This document shows positions 27,968 to 37,456 of a stretch of 49,234 nucleotides of DNA, piece by piece; positions within the stretch are counted from its first letter, which is position 1, and each line of letters opens with the position of its first letter. This DNA is from an uncultured Myxococcales bacterium (GTDB lineage Bacteria; UBA10199; 2-02-FULL-44-16; JAAZCA01), in assembly GCA_964410765.1 (NCBI GenBank), contig CAYPII010000004.1, forward strand, positions 1 through 49,234. The letters are read 5' to 3'. The position numbers were made by a program, and so were the translations under genes. A model generated the notes under the pieces. The model was not told the DNA's origin. It saw only the letters and a list, made by a program, of their open reading frames with translations, and made no database searches.

Positions 27968-28070
27968 CCGGCAGCGCAAGGGAATGCAGACAGTTGTCTT
28001 CAGGGGGCACCGAACGCCCTCTCAAAGGGAGAGGATAGCGTCAATTCTTTGACAAGGGTCCGGGACGAAA

Positions 28071-28652
28071 TCAGCTCATGCCCGGCTTGCACTCGGCGAG
28101 GAAGCGCTCGATCTGGTGGTCGAGGGAGGCCAGCGATTTGAGATAACAGCCGGCGCTGATCTGGGAGAGCTGAAAGGAAAAGCGCTCGCAGTCGAGCGTC
28201 TCCTGGGCGGGCGGGACGCATTCGGTGACATCGTCGTCGGGCTCGAAGCTCTCGTTGGGGCTCTCCACGCCGTGTTTCCAGGCGATCAGGTCGACGGCGA
28301 GCTTGAGCCAGGCGACCTCCCAGGTGCGGATCGTGCCGACCTCCGTCTCCATCGTTGCATCGGGCGGATACTTGCGCACCATGTCGAGGCGCAGGAAGTC
28401 GAAGATCGGACGCGCGTTCTTTCCGTAGAGCGCCTGCATCTCCTCGAAGGTCAGCTTTCCATCCTTGTTCGGATCGATGTAGCGCATGCTGATCCCGACC
28501 GCGTCGACGCCGGAGACCTTCCCCGTGGCATCCTCCTTCGGCACGATCTCGGAGTAGTCGATCGCGGGAACGCGCACGCGCGAGCCCATGAAGTCCTGCT
28601 CGATCTGGACGTGACGAAATCCGGCGTGCGTCTTCTGGGGACCATCAGCCAT
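28071..28652 (-). CDS. Hypothetical protein with EF-hand-like loop
   Basis: DPNKDGKLTFEE matches an EF-hand loop; SD GAGGAG. Confidence 0.7.
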   Translation of the reverse strand: MADGPQKTHAGFRHVQIEQDFMGSRVRVPAIDYSEIVPKEDATGKVSGVDAVGISMRYIDPNKDGKLTFEEMQALYGKNARPIFDFLRLDMVRKYPPDATMETEVGTIRTWEVAWLKLAVDLIAWKHGVESPNESFEPDDDVTECVPPAQETLDCERFSFQLSQISAGCYLKSLASLDHQIERFLAECKPGMS

Positions 28653-28662
28653 AAACGGCTCC

Positions 28663-29388
28663 TCACTTCGGGAAGAGAATGCGGCACCCGCCCGACTCCT
28701 GGTAGGTGCGGTAGTGAACGAGGTCGATGCGATAGCGGGCGAGCTCCTCCGCCGAATAGGGGAGCTTGACCATGTGCGCGACGGCGCGAAGCATCAGCTT
28801 CTGCGTATTGCAGAGGACGATGCGCTCCTCCGCCGTGCGCGGGGTGAGGCCGATCTGCTCCTCATTCGTGCGCATCTGGCGGCGCGCCTCCTTGAGCAGC
28901 GCCATCCGTTCGGGGAGCGGAAGCGTTCCTGCCGTCTCTTTATCGGAACGCGTGAGGACACGCGTCGCGAGCTGAAAGAGCGAGTAGGCGAGGTAGTCGC
29001 GCGTGACGATGTGATTCGGTTCCAGCTCCAGGGCGGCGGTCAGCAGCGCGATGCTCCTGCGCGCCTCGGCCTCGTCCAGCACGACGCCCTCGTCCTGCTT
29101 CGCCGGGGGACCGATGACGAGACCGGCGTAGCGGACGGAATGCGCCAACTCCTTGCGCCGCTGCACGCAGTCCTGTCGGGATATCCCCTTGGGGCAGAGC
29201 TCGCGGAAGCGCTTGATCAGCGCCGTCTGCGCCTTCGCCGGGTCCCCCTTCATCCGTTGCGCCAGGTGGTCGGCGTCGTCCAGCGTCAGCTCGCCGTCGC
29301 CGTCGAAGTCGAGCGCCTCGGCCGTCGATGCGGCGGCAATTTTCTGCACGGGGGTCTGGCCCCGATCCGGACCGTTGATATCGCCCAT
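28663..29388 (-). CDS. Hypothetical protein with EF-hand-like loop and a TPR-like helix pair
   Basis: DFDGDGELTLDD; IALLTAALELEPNHIVTRDYLAYSL; strong SD AAGGAGGAGG before MGDING. Confidence 0.75.
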   Translation of the reverse strand: MGDINGPDRGQTPVQKIAAASTAEALDFDGDGELTLDDADHLAQRMKGDPAKAQTALIKRFRELCPKGISRQDCVQRRKELAHSVRYAGLVIGPPAKQDEGVVLDEAEARRSIALLTAALELEPNHIVTRDYLAYSLFQLATRVLTRSDKETAGTLPLPERMALLKEARRQMRTNEEQIGLTPRTAEERIVLCNTQKLMLRAVAHMVKLPYSAEELARYRIDLVHYRTYQESGGCRILFPK

Positions 29389-29407
29389 CGTCGCTCCTCC
29401 TCCTTCA

Positions 29408-29434
29408 TTATCGGCAGCGGGACCCGTGAGTTTC
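29408..29434 (-). promoter_or_regulatory. sigma28/FliA-like promoter
   Basis: Minus strand GAAACTCA-N11-GCCGATAA, 19 nt before ATG 29388. Confidence 0.7.
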
Positions 29435-29547
29435 GGCATTCGATCGCGGATGAAAAGGGAAAACACAGCGATGGGTCGGAAAACCCCGTTTCCTGCGGAT
29501 GTGGGCGAATACAGCTGTCTTCGATAAATGCCGCGCACCTCTGCTGA

Positions 29548-30876
29548 TCAGCTCCGGTTCTGGAAGGAGGCGATCGCCGACGGCACGAGGCAACGTCTGC
29601 CGAAGTGCACGTACTTCGGACAGGCGATCCAGGGCATCACCGGCGCGCGCCCCTCGCTGCCGGGAACGCCGATGCAGACGGCGGGGATCTCCTTGGGTAC
29701 GCAGGGGGCTCCGGGATTGCCCAGGTCGTCGCAGATGACCTGCACCTCCGGACAATTGGTCCCCGCGATTCCCATCTCGCCCGGGACGATCGGGTCGGCC
29801 TGCGCGCACCACCCCTTGTCGTCGAGCGCGCCGTAGAGGAAGCGCATGTCGCCCTCGCACCACATCTTCTGCAGGAAGTAGAAGCGGAAGAACTGCCGCA
29901 TGAAGTTCTCCACCGCGTCCTTCTCCGGAAAGAAGGCGTGCACCTGCGGCGAGACGAGCCGGCGACCGTCGCGGAGAGATCGGCTCAGCACGCCGTTGGC
30001 CGCAAAACCGCCGCGCAGTACGCCCCCCTCCGTCGCGGTGTTGATCTCCATGTTGTTCGCCGGGATACGCAAGGCGGTTCGCGAGCTCCAGCCGTCCTCA
30101 GCCCGCTCCGCCTCCAGGCGCGCGCGGAAGGCGTTCATCGTGGCGTCGCGCGCACGGCAGCGCTCTCCATGGACCAGCACGTTTGCGATGAAGAAGAGGC
30201 GTCCCGCATCGATGAGCGTCCTGCCGGCGATGACCGCATCGCCGATGAGGAAGGCAGCGCGCTTCGCCTCCTCGCGGCGGAGCGCGTCGAGCTTCGCCGC
30301 CCCCGCCATCCCCTCCGCATCGAGCGCACCCTCCTCCTTCAGTTCGATCGTCACGGGACAGGCCCCCGCCTCCGCGGCGATCAGACGAAGCAGGACCTCC
30401 TTCGCCCGCCCGTCGTAGGGGGGAATCGCGACGAAACTCTCGCCCCCCACAGCGCGCTTCGCCGAACCGTACTCCGCAAGCGCGCGCGCATCGGCGTCTC
30501 CGCCCGGGCGGCGCAGGGCGATCGCGAAGGGGCGCGCCAGCGTCCCCACGACATCCCAGCGCATGCCGCGCAGGTGTTCGTCCTGCCAGGAGCGCGTCTC
30601 CGGAAGGGCGATCTCCTCGACGTTGAAGATGCTGCGCGGAAGCTCCGCCGAAAAAGCGAGCTCGGGAACGAAGGTCACGCCCTGCACGACGGGCTCTGGC
30701 TTCACCCCGAAACCGATCGCCTGCTTGATGCGATCGAGGAAGGTCGGCTTCGCCGGTACGGCGCGCTGCACCGTCGGCCCGCGCGGCCTGACCTTCGCCG
30801 CGCGCTGCGCCATCGCCACATCGACGGCGAGGAACGCCACGACGGCTATCGCGATTGCACACCATCCTCTCTTCAT
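29548..30876 (-). CDS. Secreted hypothetical protein with Cys-rich C-terminus
   Basis: Signal peptide MKRGWCAIAIAVVAFLAVDVAMA; SD GGGAGG; many Cys in the last ~100 aa. Confidence 0.75.
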   Translation of the reverse strand: MKRGWCAIAIAVVAFLAVDVAMAQRAAKVRPRGPTVQRAVPAKPTFLDRIKQAIGFGVKPEPVVQGVTFVPELAFSAELPRSIFNVEEIALPETRSWQDEHLRGMRWDVVGTLARPFAIALRRPGGDADARALAEYGSAKRAVGGESFVAIPPYDGRAKEVLLRLIAAEAGACPVTIELKEEGALDAEGMAGAAKLDALRREEAKRAAFLIGDAVIAGRTLIDAGRLFFIANVLVHGERCRARDATMNAFRARLEAERAEDGWSSRTALRIPANNMEINTATEGGVLRGGFAANGVLSRSLRDGRRLVSPQVHAFFPEKDAVENFMRQFFRFYFLQKMWCEGDMRFLYGALDDKGWCAQADPIVPGEMGIAGTNCPEVQVICDDLGNPGAPCVPKEIPAVCIGVPGSEGRAPVMPWIACPKYVHFGRRCLVPSAIASFQNRS

Positions 30877-30898
30877 CGTCTCCTCCCGCGCTCTTTCC

Positions 30899-33800
30899 TC
30901 ATTGGGCGCGCTCCTGCTCCACCGCACCCTCCATCTCCTGCTCGATCTTCACCCAGTCTTCGGGGGTCACGCCGAAGGGCGCACCGGCATCATCGGCCTC
31001 GGCATCCTCGTCCGTCGCCGACGGATCGACGTACTTCACATCGCCCGCGGGATCGAAGCGAGGTCCCCCGAAGGCGCCGCCGGACGAATCGCCCGACGTG
31101 CCGCCGTCGGGACCGTCCTCGAGTTTCACATCGCCCGAGGGATCAAGACCGCCGGGGCCGGTCACACCGCCACCGCCACGCCGCCCCCCGGTGCCCCCCC
31201 CGTCGCTCTCCGGATCGACGAGTGCATCGGGACGCCCCGGTCCCCAGGGGCCGACACCGCCGTCGTCGCCATCGGCATCGCCGACCGGATCGCCCATGCC
31301 GCTGCCGCCGCAACCGGCACCGCTGCAGGGTTGCTCCTCCGTCGTGAACCCATCTTCGTCCGTCTCCACCGTCGCATCGCGATAGGGATTTTCGAAGAAA
31401 CCCTCCGTCCAGACATCCGATGCATCGGAGGTCGAATCATAGGATTGGCCTTCGCTTGAGGATGGCCCGCCCGACTCCTCATCGCCGAAGAGCGTCGACG
31501 ACCCGCCGCTGCCGCCGTGATCGTGCGTATCCCACGTATCGTAGCCGGCATCGTAGGGGGAGTTCTGCAAGGGATCGTCGCGCCTTCCCCCTGTTCGGTC
31601 ATCGTCGCTCGTATGGCGCTCATCCTCGCGGCGCGGCATTCCGCCACCACCGCCGCCGCCGCCGTTGATCTCCTCCCAGATGCGCTCCTGCGCCGTCTTG
31701 AGCTCTTCCGGGCGCCCCGGCTCCACCTGCTGCTCCGCGTCGGGGACCGCCCCCTCGAGCGTCACCTCGGAGAAATCGATCACCATCGACCCGGTCTCGG
31801 TCGCGACCTTGTTCGTCGAGGTATTCCGCGGCTTGATCGGCGATGGCTCCGGAACCGTCCCCCACTTCATAATAAGGATATCCGTATCATCCAACTCCGT
31901 GAGCGAATAATAGGGGCCCGGCTTGCCGTCCTTGTCCGGATCACCGTCGGGATTGTTCTCCTCCTCCTTCGCCTTCTTCTTGAAGAGCTCGCGCAGCTTC
32001 ACGCTCGGCGGTTCACCCTCTTCTGCCGGTCCGCCCGGTCCACCACCACCACCTCCTCCTCCCAGGTTTCCCAGTCCCTCGCGAACGGTGGCGGTCGCCT
32101 CCGCCCAGTTCCCCCAGCCGGTGTAGTCCGGATTCATGACCCGCTTCATCCAGACAGCGAGGAGGCGTGCAAAGCTGATGGCGCGCTCGAGCAGACTCAC
32201 GATATCCTCGTAGAGACCGAGGAGAAATTCCCCGGTCTTGTTCCAATTGGCCAGGAAGGTCTTGCACATATTCTCCAGCATATACGCGGTGAGTTCCCGC
32301 AAAAGCATACGCGAGGAGATGTCGACGTCGGTCTTCGCCTTCTCGTTGTTTCCTCCATCATGGTTGTGGAAGATCTCGTGGAGGACGACGCCGACGCTGT
32401 TGATCTCCTGGTTCTTCACCCCCGCCTTGCTCTTCTCGTTGATGTGCGGCGCGATGGTGATCTTTCCCTTGACGTTTTGTCCGTCGACACCGCGCGGGAG
32501 GATGCCGACCTCGATTTCATCGAGCGTCTCGGCGAGCTTGCCCAGATCGCCGGTCACCTCCTCGATCGTATCGAGCCAGATGTCCATCATCTCGCTTCCG
32601 CCGTTGGTGTTGTTCTGATAGGCCGAGCTCCCGTGCAGTGCGGTTCGGAACTTCCCGACCGCCTGGTTGATCTTTCCCGCCGCGTCGAGGACCGCCTGCT
32701 TGAGCTCGTTGGAGATCCCCTGCTTCGACGCCGCGTGCGCGGTGGAGATAAAGGAGAAGCCCTCGCGCGCGGAGCCCATCGGCCCCACGCGAACGCCCTC
32801 GCGACGGCGGTGGATCGAATCGATCTCGATCTCCCCCTCCACCGGGATCTTGCTGATCAGGTCCTCGACGATATCGCCGGTCACGCCATCCTGGAGGTAG
32901 CCCGCCGGGATGATGAAGCGGTTGAAGTGGATCAGCCGCAGAAACTCGTCCTCCAACGGAGCGGTATCGCGATAGGCGCTGGAATCCTCATCCTCCCAGT
33001 ACGCCTGAAAGATGCGGGTTTCCTTCCGGAAGGCCCAGTCCTCGCGCACCGCCTCGCCCCACGAGATGAGCGCCTTCGGGAAGCGCGGCTGGTCGATCGG
33101 TTCCGCGGGGAGATAGGTGATGAGCTTCGGATAGAGCCAGGCGAGGTAGCCGATGACGAGGACGCGTTCGCGATCGTCGAGCAGGAGGTGATCGATCAAT
33201 CCCAGGATCCCCGGCTCGCTCGAGGGGAGGCAGACGATCGCTGCGCGATCCCCACCGCTCCGGCAGGCCTCCGCATCGCGCGCGTGCACCAGGTGCTGCA
33301 GGAGCAGGCCGAAGGCCGCCGCCTGCGACTGACGGTCCAGATGGTCGAGCGCCTGCGGCCGATAGACGCCGTAGTCGTCGGCAGGCATCCCCCATTCCGA
33401 GGAGCCGCCGAGACCCGTCGTGGCGAGCACCCCCTCCTGGAAGGAGAGCCCTGCGCTGCGCTCATCGACATTTTTCTTCCGGCTCGTGCCGCCGCGACCC
33501 TTGGGCTTCGACCCTCCGCTCAGCCACGCGCGCGCAAATTTTCGGAAGGCGGCGCCGGCGATCTCCGCGCGGGAGGGAATCCACTTGCCGATCTCCAAAC
33601 GCAGGACGACATCGGGCGAGAGCTCGTCGAACCCGTACCACTCCGGCAACGGCGCGGCGGCGAAGGACTGCAGCGCGTGCTCGAAATCCTCGAGAAAATG
33701 CGCCGCCCAGCTCCCCGTACGAATGCGATCGTCGGCGAGCAGGCGCAGGTCACCTCGCACGGCCAAAGCGGCTCGCTGCACCTCGGCAATCGAGGGCGCC

Positions 33801-33961
33801 TCCTGCAGGGCGGAGAAGCGGCGCGATGCTTGGAAGTCATCGCGGCCAGGCGTTCCGATGCGCGAACGCGAGAGGGCCACCGGCGGGGCGATCGTGCTCG
33901 CCAGGAAGAAGGCGATCGTGGCCACCGCCCACCGGCGCAACGAAAAGCGTGAAAAACCCAT
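30899..33961 (-). CDS. Large secreted protein, putative zincin metallopeptidase with acidic Gly/Asp-rich tail
   Basis: Signal peptide; VVLHEIFHN followed by RELTAY; low-complexity C-terminal third. Confidence 0.7.
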   Translation of the reverse strand: MGFSRFSLRRWAVATIAFFLASTIAPPVALSRSRIGTPGRDDFQASRRFSALQEAPSIAEVQRAALAVRGDLRLLADDRIRTGSWAAHFLEDFEHALQSFAAAPLPEWYGFDELSPDVVLRLEIGKWIPSRAEIAGAAFRKFARAWLSGGSKPKGRGGTSRKKNVDERSAGLSFQEGVLATTGLGGSSEWGMPADDYGVYRPQALDHLDRQSQAAAFGLLLQHLVHARDAEACRSGGDRAAIVCLPSSEPGILGLIDHLLLDDRERVLVIGYLAWLYPKLITYLPAEPIDQPRFPKALISWGEAVREDWAFRKETRIFQAYWEDEDSSAYRDTAPLEDEFLRLIHFNRFIIPAGYLQDGVTGDIVEDLISKIPVEGEIEIDSIHRRREGVRVGPMGSAREGFSFISTAHAASKQGISNELKQAVLDAAGKINQAVGKFRTALHGSSAYQNNTNGGSEMMDIWLDTIEEVTGDLGKLAETLDEIEVGILPRGVDGQNVKGKITIAPHINEKSKAGVKNQEINSVGVVLHEIFHNHDGGNNEKAKTDVDISSRMLLRELTAYMLENMCKTFLANWNKTGEFLLGLYEDIVSLLERAISFARLLAVWMKRVMNPDYTGWGNWAEATATVREGLGNLGGGGGGGGPGGPAEEGEPPSVKLRELFKKKAKEEENNPDGDPDKDGKPGPYYSLTELDDTDILIMKWGTVPEPSPIKPRNTSTNKVATETGSMVIDFSEVTLEGAVPDAEQQVEPGRPEELKTAQERIWEEINGGGGGGGGMPRREDERHTSDDDRTGGRRDDPLQNSPYDAGYDTWDTHDHGGSGGSSTLFGDEESGGPSSSEGQSYDSTSDASDVWTEGFFENPYRDATVETDEDGFTTEEQPCSGAGCGGSGMGDPVGDADGDDGGVGPWGPGRPDALVDPESDGGGTGGRRGGGGVTGPGGLDPSGDVKLEDGPDGGTSGDSSGGAFGGPRFDPAGDVKYVDPSATDEDAEADDAGAPFGVTPEDWVKIEQEMEGAVEQERAQ

Positions 33962-34003
33962 ACCGGCCCCTTTCGACGAACGGTCGTACCAGGAGCTTTT
34001 TTC

Positions 34004-34019
34004 TGCATAGAATGTGCCA
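34004..34019 (-). promoter_or_regulatory. sigma54 -24/-12 promoter
   Basis: Minus strand TGGCACA-TTCT-ATGCA, 42 nt before ATG 33961. Confidence 0.65.
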
Positions 34020-34169
34020 GCAAAAACGAGAAAAGAGCATCAAAACCAACTGGTTTCGAAGACAAGTGTCTTCATTTCCGGACCAGTAGGACACACCAAA
34101 ATTTGATCCCGTTCGATAATACTCATGTCGGGGGAGTTCGTTCATCGTTCGAAGCAAGGAGGCACGCTC

Positions 34170-34445
34170 ATGTCGACACGCATCGCCGGAATCAGTCAAG
34201 CCGTCGCCGCGGCTCGGACCGCTCAGGAACCAAAGGCGGAGGTCTCGCAGCGCGGCGGCAAGAAGATCATCAAGATCCTGGACAGCGTCTCGATCCAGGG
34301 CGAGATCCTGCGCCCGCAGATGGCCATCAGCATGCAGCGTAGCCAGATCAACTTCGACGCGCTCAAGCCCAAGAAGAGTTTTCTCGATCGGATCATCCGC
34401 GGAACGGCGACGGTCGACGCGCTGAAGTCGGAGCCGAAGGAATAG
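34170..34445 (+). CDS. CglF/GltF-like small protein
   Basis: KKIIKILDSVSIQGEILRPQ...QRSQINFDAL...SFLDRI resembles myxobacterial CglF-type proteins (recalled similarity); SD AAGGAGG. Confidence 0.6.
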   Translation: MSTRIAGISQAVAAARTAQEPKAEVSQRGGKKIIKILDSVSIQGEILRPQMAISMQRSQINFDALKPKKSFLDRIIRGTATVDALKSEPKE

Positions 34446-34474
34446 CGCCGGACGCATGACGAGACGAATGCACG

Positions 34475-34508
34475 GCGGGGCGTCCACACGGACGCCCCGC
34501 TTTGTCTT
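34475..34508 (+). terminator. Rho-independent terminator
   Basis: gcggggcgtcc-acac-ggacgccccgc followed by tttgtctt. Confidence 0.7.
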
Positions 34509-34662
34509 CCTGCGTTCGGCAACTTCCAGAATTGCAAAAAGCGTCAAGATTTCGGCAAGATGTGGTGGATATTGACATGCCCATCACCACTCTCCTCACG
34601 GCGGTCGCTCAAGAATCACTGAAAATTCAATTGGTTTGCAAGCCCCCCCCCACCGGGTCCCG

Positions 34663-34678
34663 TGGCACGATCCTTGCT
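34663..34678 (+). promoter_or_regulatory. sigma54 -24/-12 promoter
   Basis: TGGCACG-ATCC-TTGCT, a consensus match. Confidence 0.8.
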
Positions 34679-34747
34679 TTTGTATGAAGCAGGAAAGCGG
34701 AAGGGATTCAATCGGCTCTGCGATTTTTCGAAGGGGAGGTGGGGGCG

Positions 34748-37075
34748 ATGAAACGCACACGGAGATGGTCGACAACCCTGGTGATCGTCATGGGATCGCT
34801 GCTCTTCTGGCTCGCCTGCGGCGGCGGGGGGAGCATCCAGGGCGGCGGTGGCGAGACGACATCGGGCGGCGGGGAGCAGGAGGAGCCGGCCGCCGGGAGC
34901 GCGGGCCTGCTCACCGGAACGATCGAGGATCCCTCGACGGTTATCAGCGCATCGATCGCTGCCGACATCTCGTTCGATCCATCGGCGATCGCGGTCGACG
35001 TCACACTCGACGGCGAATCGATCGGCAGCTGCAGCATCGATGCGGCGGCACTCACGTACCGCTGCGACCTCACCCTCCTGCCATCGGTGGGCGACGTCCT
35101 GCTCGTGAGCGCCGGACCATTGATGAGCTACTGCACCGTCGAATCGGTGGAGGGCGATACGATTGCCTGCGGCGAGACGAGTGTGGCGACGACGCTGGCC
35201 TCCTCCGCCGTGGAGTCGGCGAGCGCCAGCGCCAGCATCAGCCCGGCGCTGAGCGCGGAGGAGAGCTCTGTCTATCTCTTCTTCTTCGGCCTCTTCGATG
35301 AATTGGTGATCTTCGAAATCGACGGCACGACACTTATGGATGCGCTCGCCACATTTGCGGAGGGACTCCTCTCCGAGTCCGCAACGGCGAACGCCTCCTT
35401 CGACGCCTTCGTCGCCGGCGTGTGGGGAAAGCGCGATGCCATCGTCGATGACCCGGGCGCCATCATGTTTGCGCTGGCCAGTCTTGATGAAGACATCATC
35501 ACGAGCAGCGCCTTCGGCACATTCCTCGATCTCGCCCTCGATGGCGAGGGACAGGATGAACGCATCTTCAACGCGGGCATCTATGTCGGGATGACGCTCG
35601 ATCTCGGATCAGTCGTCTCCATCGAACAGTTTCTCGACTACGTGGGTCTCGGCGTCCCGTATGCTGAATACATCGCCACCTTCAACGACGCCCTCAGCCG
35701 CATTCGCGCCGATATCGATATGAAGACGATGAACTCCCCCTCGGCGATGCGCAGGCGCAAGGGGATGAACAAGGCAGTCGCATTCACGTGGCAGGTGCTC
35801 CAGGATCCCGAGATGAGCGGGGGGGTCGATGTCGTCCCCGGAGACCTCGTCATGCTCAAATCGATCAGCGAATGTGTTCTGGAAACGGACATCATCGCAA
35901 CGATCGATGAGAGCCAGACCTCTGAGATGATGGACGGAGCGGCGGCGGAGTGGATCCCGATCATCTTCGGTCAGGACGGAGGGCAGTTCATGACCGACAA
36001 TCCGGATGCGCAATCGTGTCTCCTCGATGCCATGCAGGCGAACACCGAGACGAACTTTCCGCAGGAGATGCTCGGCCAAGTCCTCCCGACGCACGCGATC
36101 ATGACCCTCTATCACGCCGGGCGCTACACGACGACGGGCGATGACGGCGGCGGCGATATCGATCCGGCGATCCAGCAACTCCTGGGGACCTGGGAACGGC
36201 AGAGCGAAGAGAATTGTACCAACGTCTATACGCTGAACGGTGATATCGAGGCCGGACTCGTTTCAGCGGGTGACTCCGAAATCCTTTTGAGCTTTGCCAC
36301 CGTCGCCGGAGCAAGCCAGGTCTTCGACGACGCCGCGATCCCCATCGTTGCAACGACGATGCAGGATATGGACGTGTATGCCTCGTCTCCGCCCATGAGC
36401 TTCACACATGGCCTCACCGGCTGGGACGAGGAGGGCCAAGATCAGGGTTGCGCATTCATCTTCATGAATGAGGGGAGCGCCCTCTCGATCGCCTGTCAAA
36501 TGGGGGGTGGAGATCCCTGCGTGGTCGAATATGCAAAGGAGGGCGGTGGCGGTGGTGGTAACGACGATGATGATAACTACCTGATGTCTCAGTGGAGCGA
36601 ACGCACGGAGGGAGCATGGGACGGCGACGCGTGCACCGATTTCCCCACACCGCCGTATTACGTTGATTACCCAGACTACTTCGGTTTCGGGACCTGCATG
36701 GCGCATTCCGGCCAGGTCCCTGTCGAACTCGAAGTGGGGGACCAGGTAGCGGTTTCGCTCGGCAGCGGTCTGTATGATGGAGGGGGATGCAGTGGGTCGG
36801 CAGACAACTGGAACCTCATTGGGGATACTGTTCAGGACAATACCATTATGATGGAGATCATGAACGACACACTCTGGGAAGCGGTCGGCGGGCGTGTCTA
36901 CACGCTCAACAACCCCTCCGATGAGAATCCCGCTTACCCGGACTGGTCGGCGCTCGAATGCAGCATCTACTTTGATTCGCTCAACGACGAGGCCTTCCTT
37001 GCCTTCGTCTGTCGAAACGAGGTGGAGGGAGGAAACGTCTGCTACAAATACTATGATCGCGATAGCGGCGAATAG
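34748..37075 (+). CDS. Large acidic lipoprotein, copy 1 (775 aa)
   Basis: MKRTRRW...LLFWLAC-GGGG lipobox; Cys-containing modules separated by poly-Gly linkers. Confidence 0.85.
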   Translation: MKRTRRWSTTLVIVMGSLLFWLACGGGGSIQGGGGETTSGGGEQEEPAAGSAGLLTGTIEDPSTVISASIAADISFDPSAIAVDVTLDGESIGSCSIDAAALTYRCDLTLLPSVGDVLLVSAGPLMSYCTVESVEGDTIACGETSVATTLASSAVESASASASISPALSAEESSVYLFFFGLFDELVIFEIDGTTLMDALATFAEGLLSESATANASFDAFVAGVWGKRDAIVDDPGAIMFALASLDEDIITSSAFGTFLDLALDGEGQDERIFNAGIYVGMTLDLGSVVSIEQFLDYVGLGVPYAEYIATFNDALSRIRADIDMKTMNSPSAMRRRKGMNKAVAFTWQVLQDPEMSGGVDVVPGDLVMLKSISECVLETDIIATIDESQTSEMMDGAAAEWIPIIFGQDGGQFMTDNPDAQSCLLDAMQANTETNFPQEMLGQVLPTHAIMTLYHAGRYTTTGDDGGGDIDPAIQQLLGTWERQSEENCTNVYTLNGDIEAGLVSAGDSEILLSFATVAGASQVFDDAAIPIVATTMQDMDVYASSPPMSFTHGLTGWDEEGQDQGCAFIFMNEGSALSIACQMGGGDPCVVEYAKEGGGGGGNDDDDNYLMSQWSERTEGAWDGDACTDFPTPPYYVDYPDYFGFGTCMAHSGQVPVELEVGDQVAVSLGSGLYDGGGCSGSADNWNLIGDTVQDNTIMMEIMNDTLWEAVGGRVYTLNNPSDENPAYPDWSALECSIYFDSLNDEAFLAFVCRNEVEGGNVCYKYYDRDSGE

Positions 37076-37104
37076 GTCGTTCCGACCGGCTCTGACCGCA
37101 GACC

Positions 37105-37136
37105 ACCCCGGCACCGCAAGGTGTCGGGGTTTTTTT
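37105..37136 (+). terminator. Rho-independent terminator
   Basis: accccggcacc-gcaa-ggtgtcggggt followed by a T-run. Confidence 0.85.
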
Positions 37137-37157
37137 GCACCCCGTGGCCCTACCCTT

Positions 37158-37211
37158 ACCACTCCGAACCTGCTTCCTACTGGTACCAATAGGAAGCAGG
37201 TTCGGAGTGGT
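37158..37211. repeat. 54-bp near-perfect palindrome, copy 1
   Basis: accactccgaacctgcttccta-c-tggtacca-a-taggaagcaggttcggagtggt; one mismatched pair. Confidence 0.95.
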
Positions 37212-37375
37212 CGGCATCGACAGGTGTCGGGGTTTTCTATAATTGCAAAATATCGTCAAAGAACCGTCGAGGTGTGTGGATTTTGACTCGTTTTTTGCCT
37301 GTTCTTATCTGCCGCCTCTTTCGCAATGCCTTCAGAAAACGAGACCTTGTCTCGGTCCTCACCACAAGGAGCCAT

Positions 37376-37391
37376 TGGCACGCCTCTTGTT
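37376..37391 (+). promoter_or_regulatory. sigma54-like promoter (variant -12)
   Basis: TGGCACG-CCTC-TTGTT at the position equivalent to 34663; duplicated at 40085-40100. Confidence 0.55.
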
Positions 37392-37456
37392 TCAAAAGGG
37401 GATGAAAGCGGAGTCATTACAGAAAGTTCCATAATTTCTCGAAAGGGGTCAGGGTC

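Noticed and set aside
31517-33952. Long antisense ORFs (this 811-aa one, and 8378..10717, 40940..43033, 42846..44825, 44629..46911)
   Set aside because: Shadow ORFs typical of high-GC DNA, opposite better-supported genes and lacking motifs.
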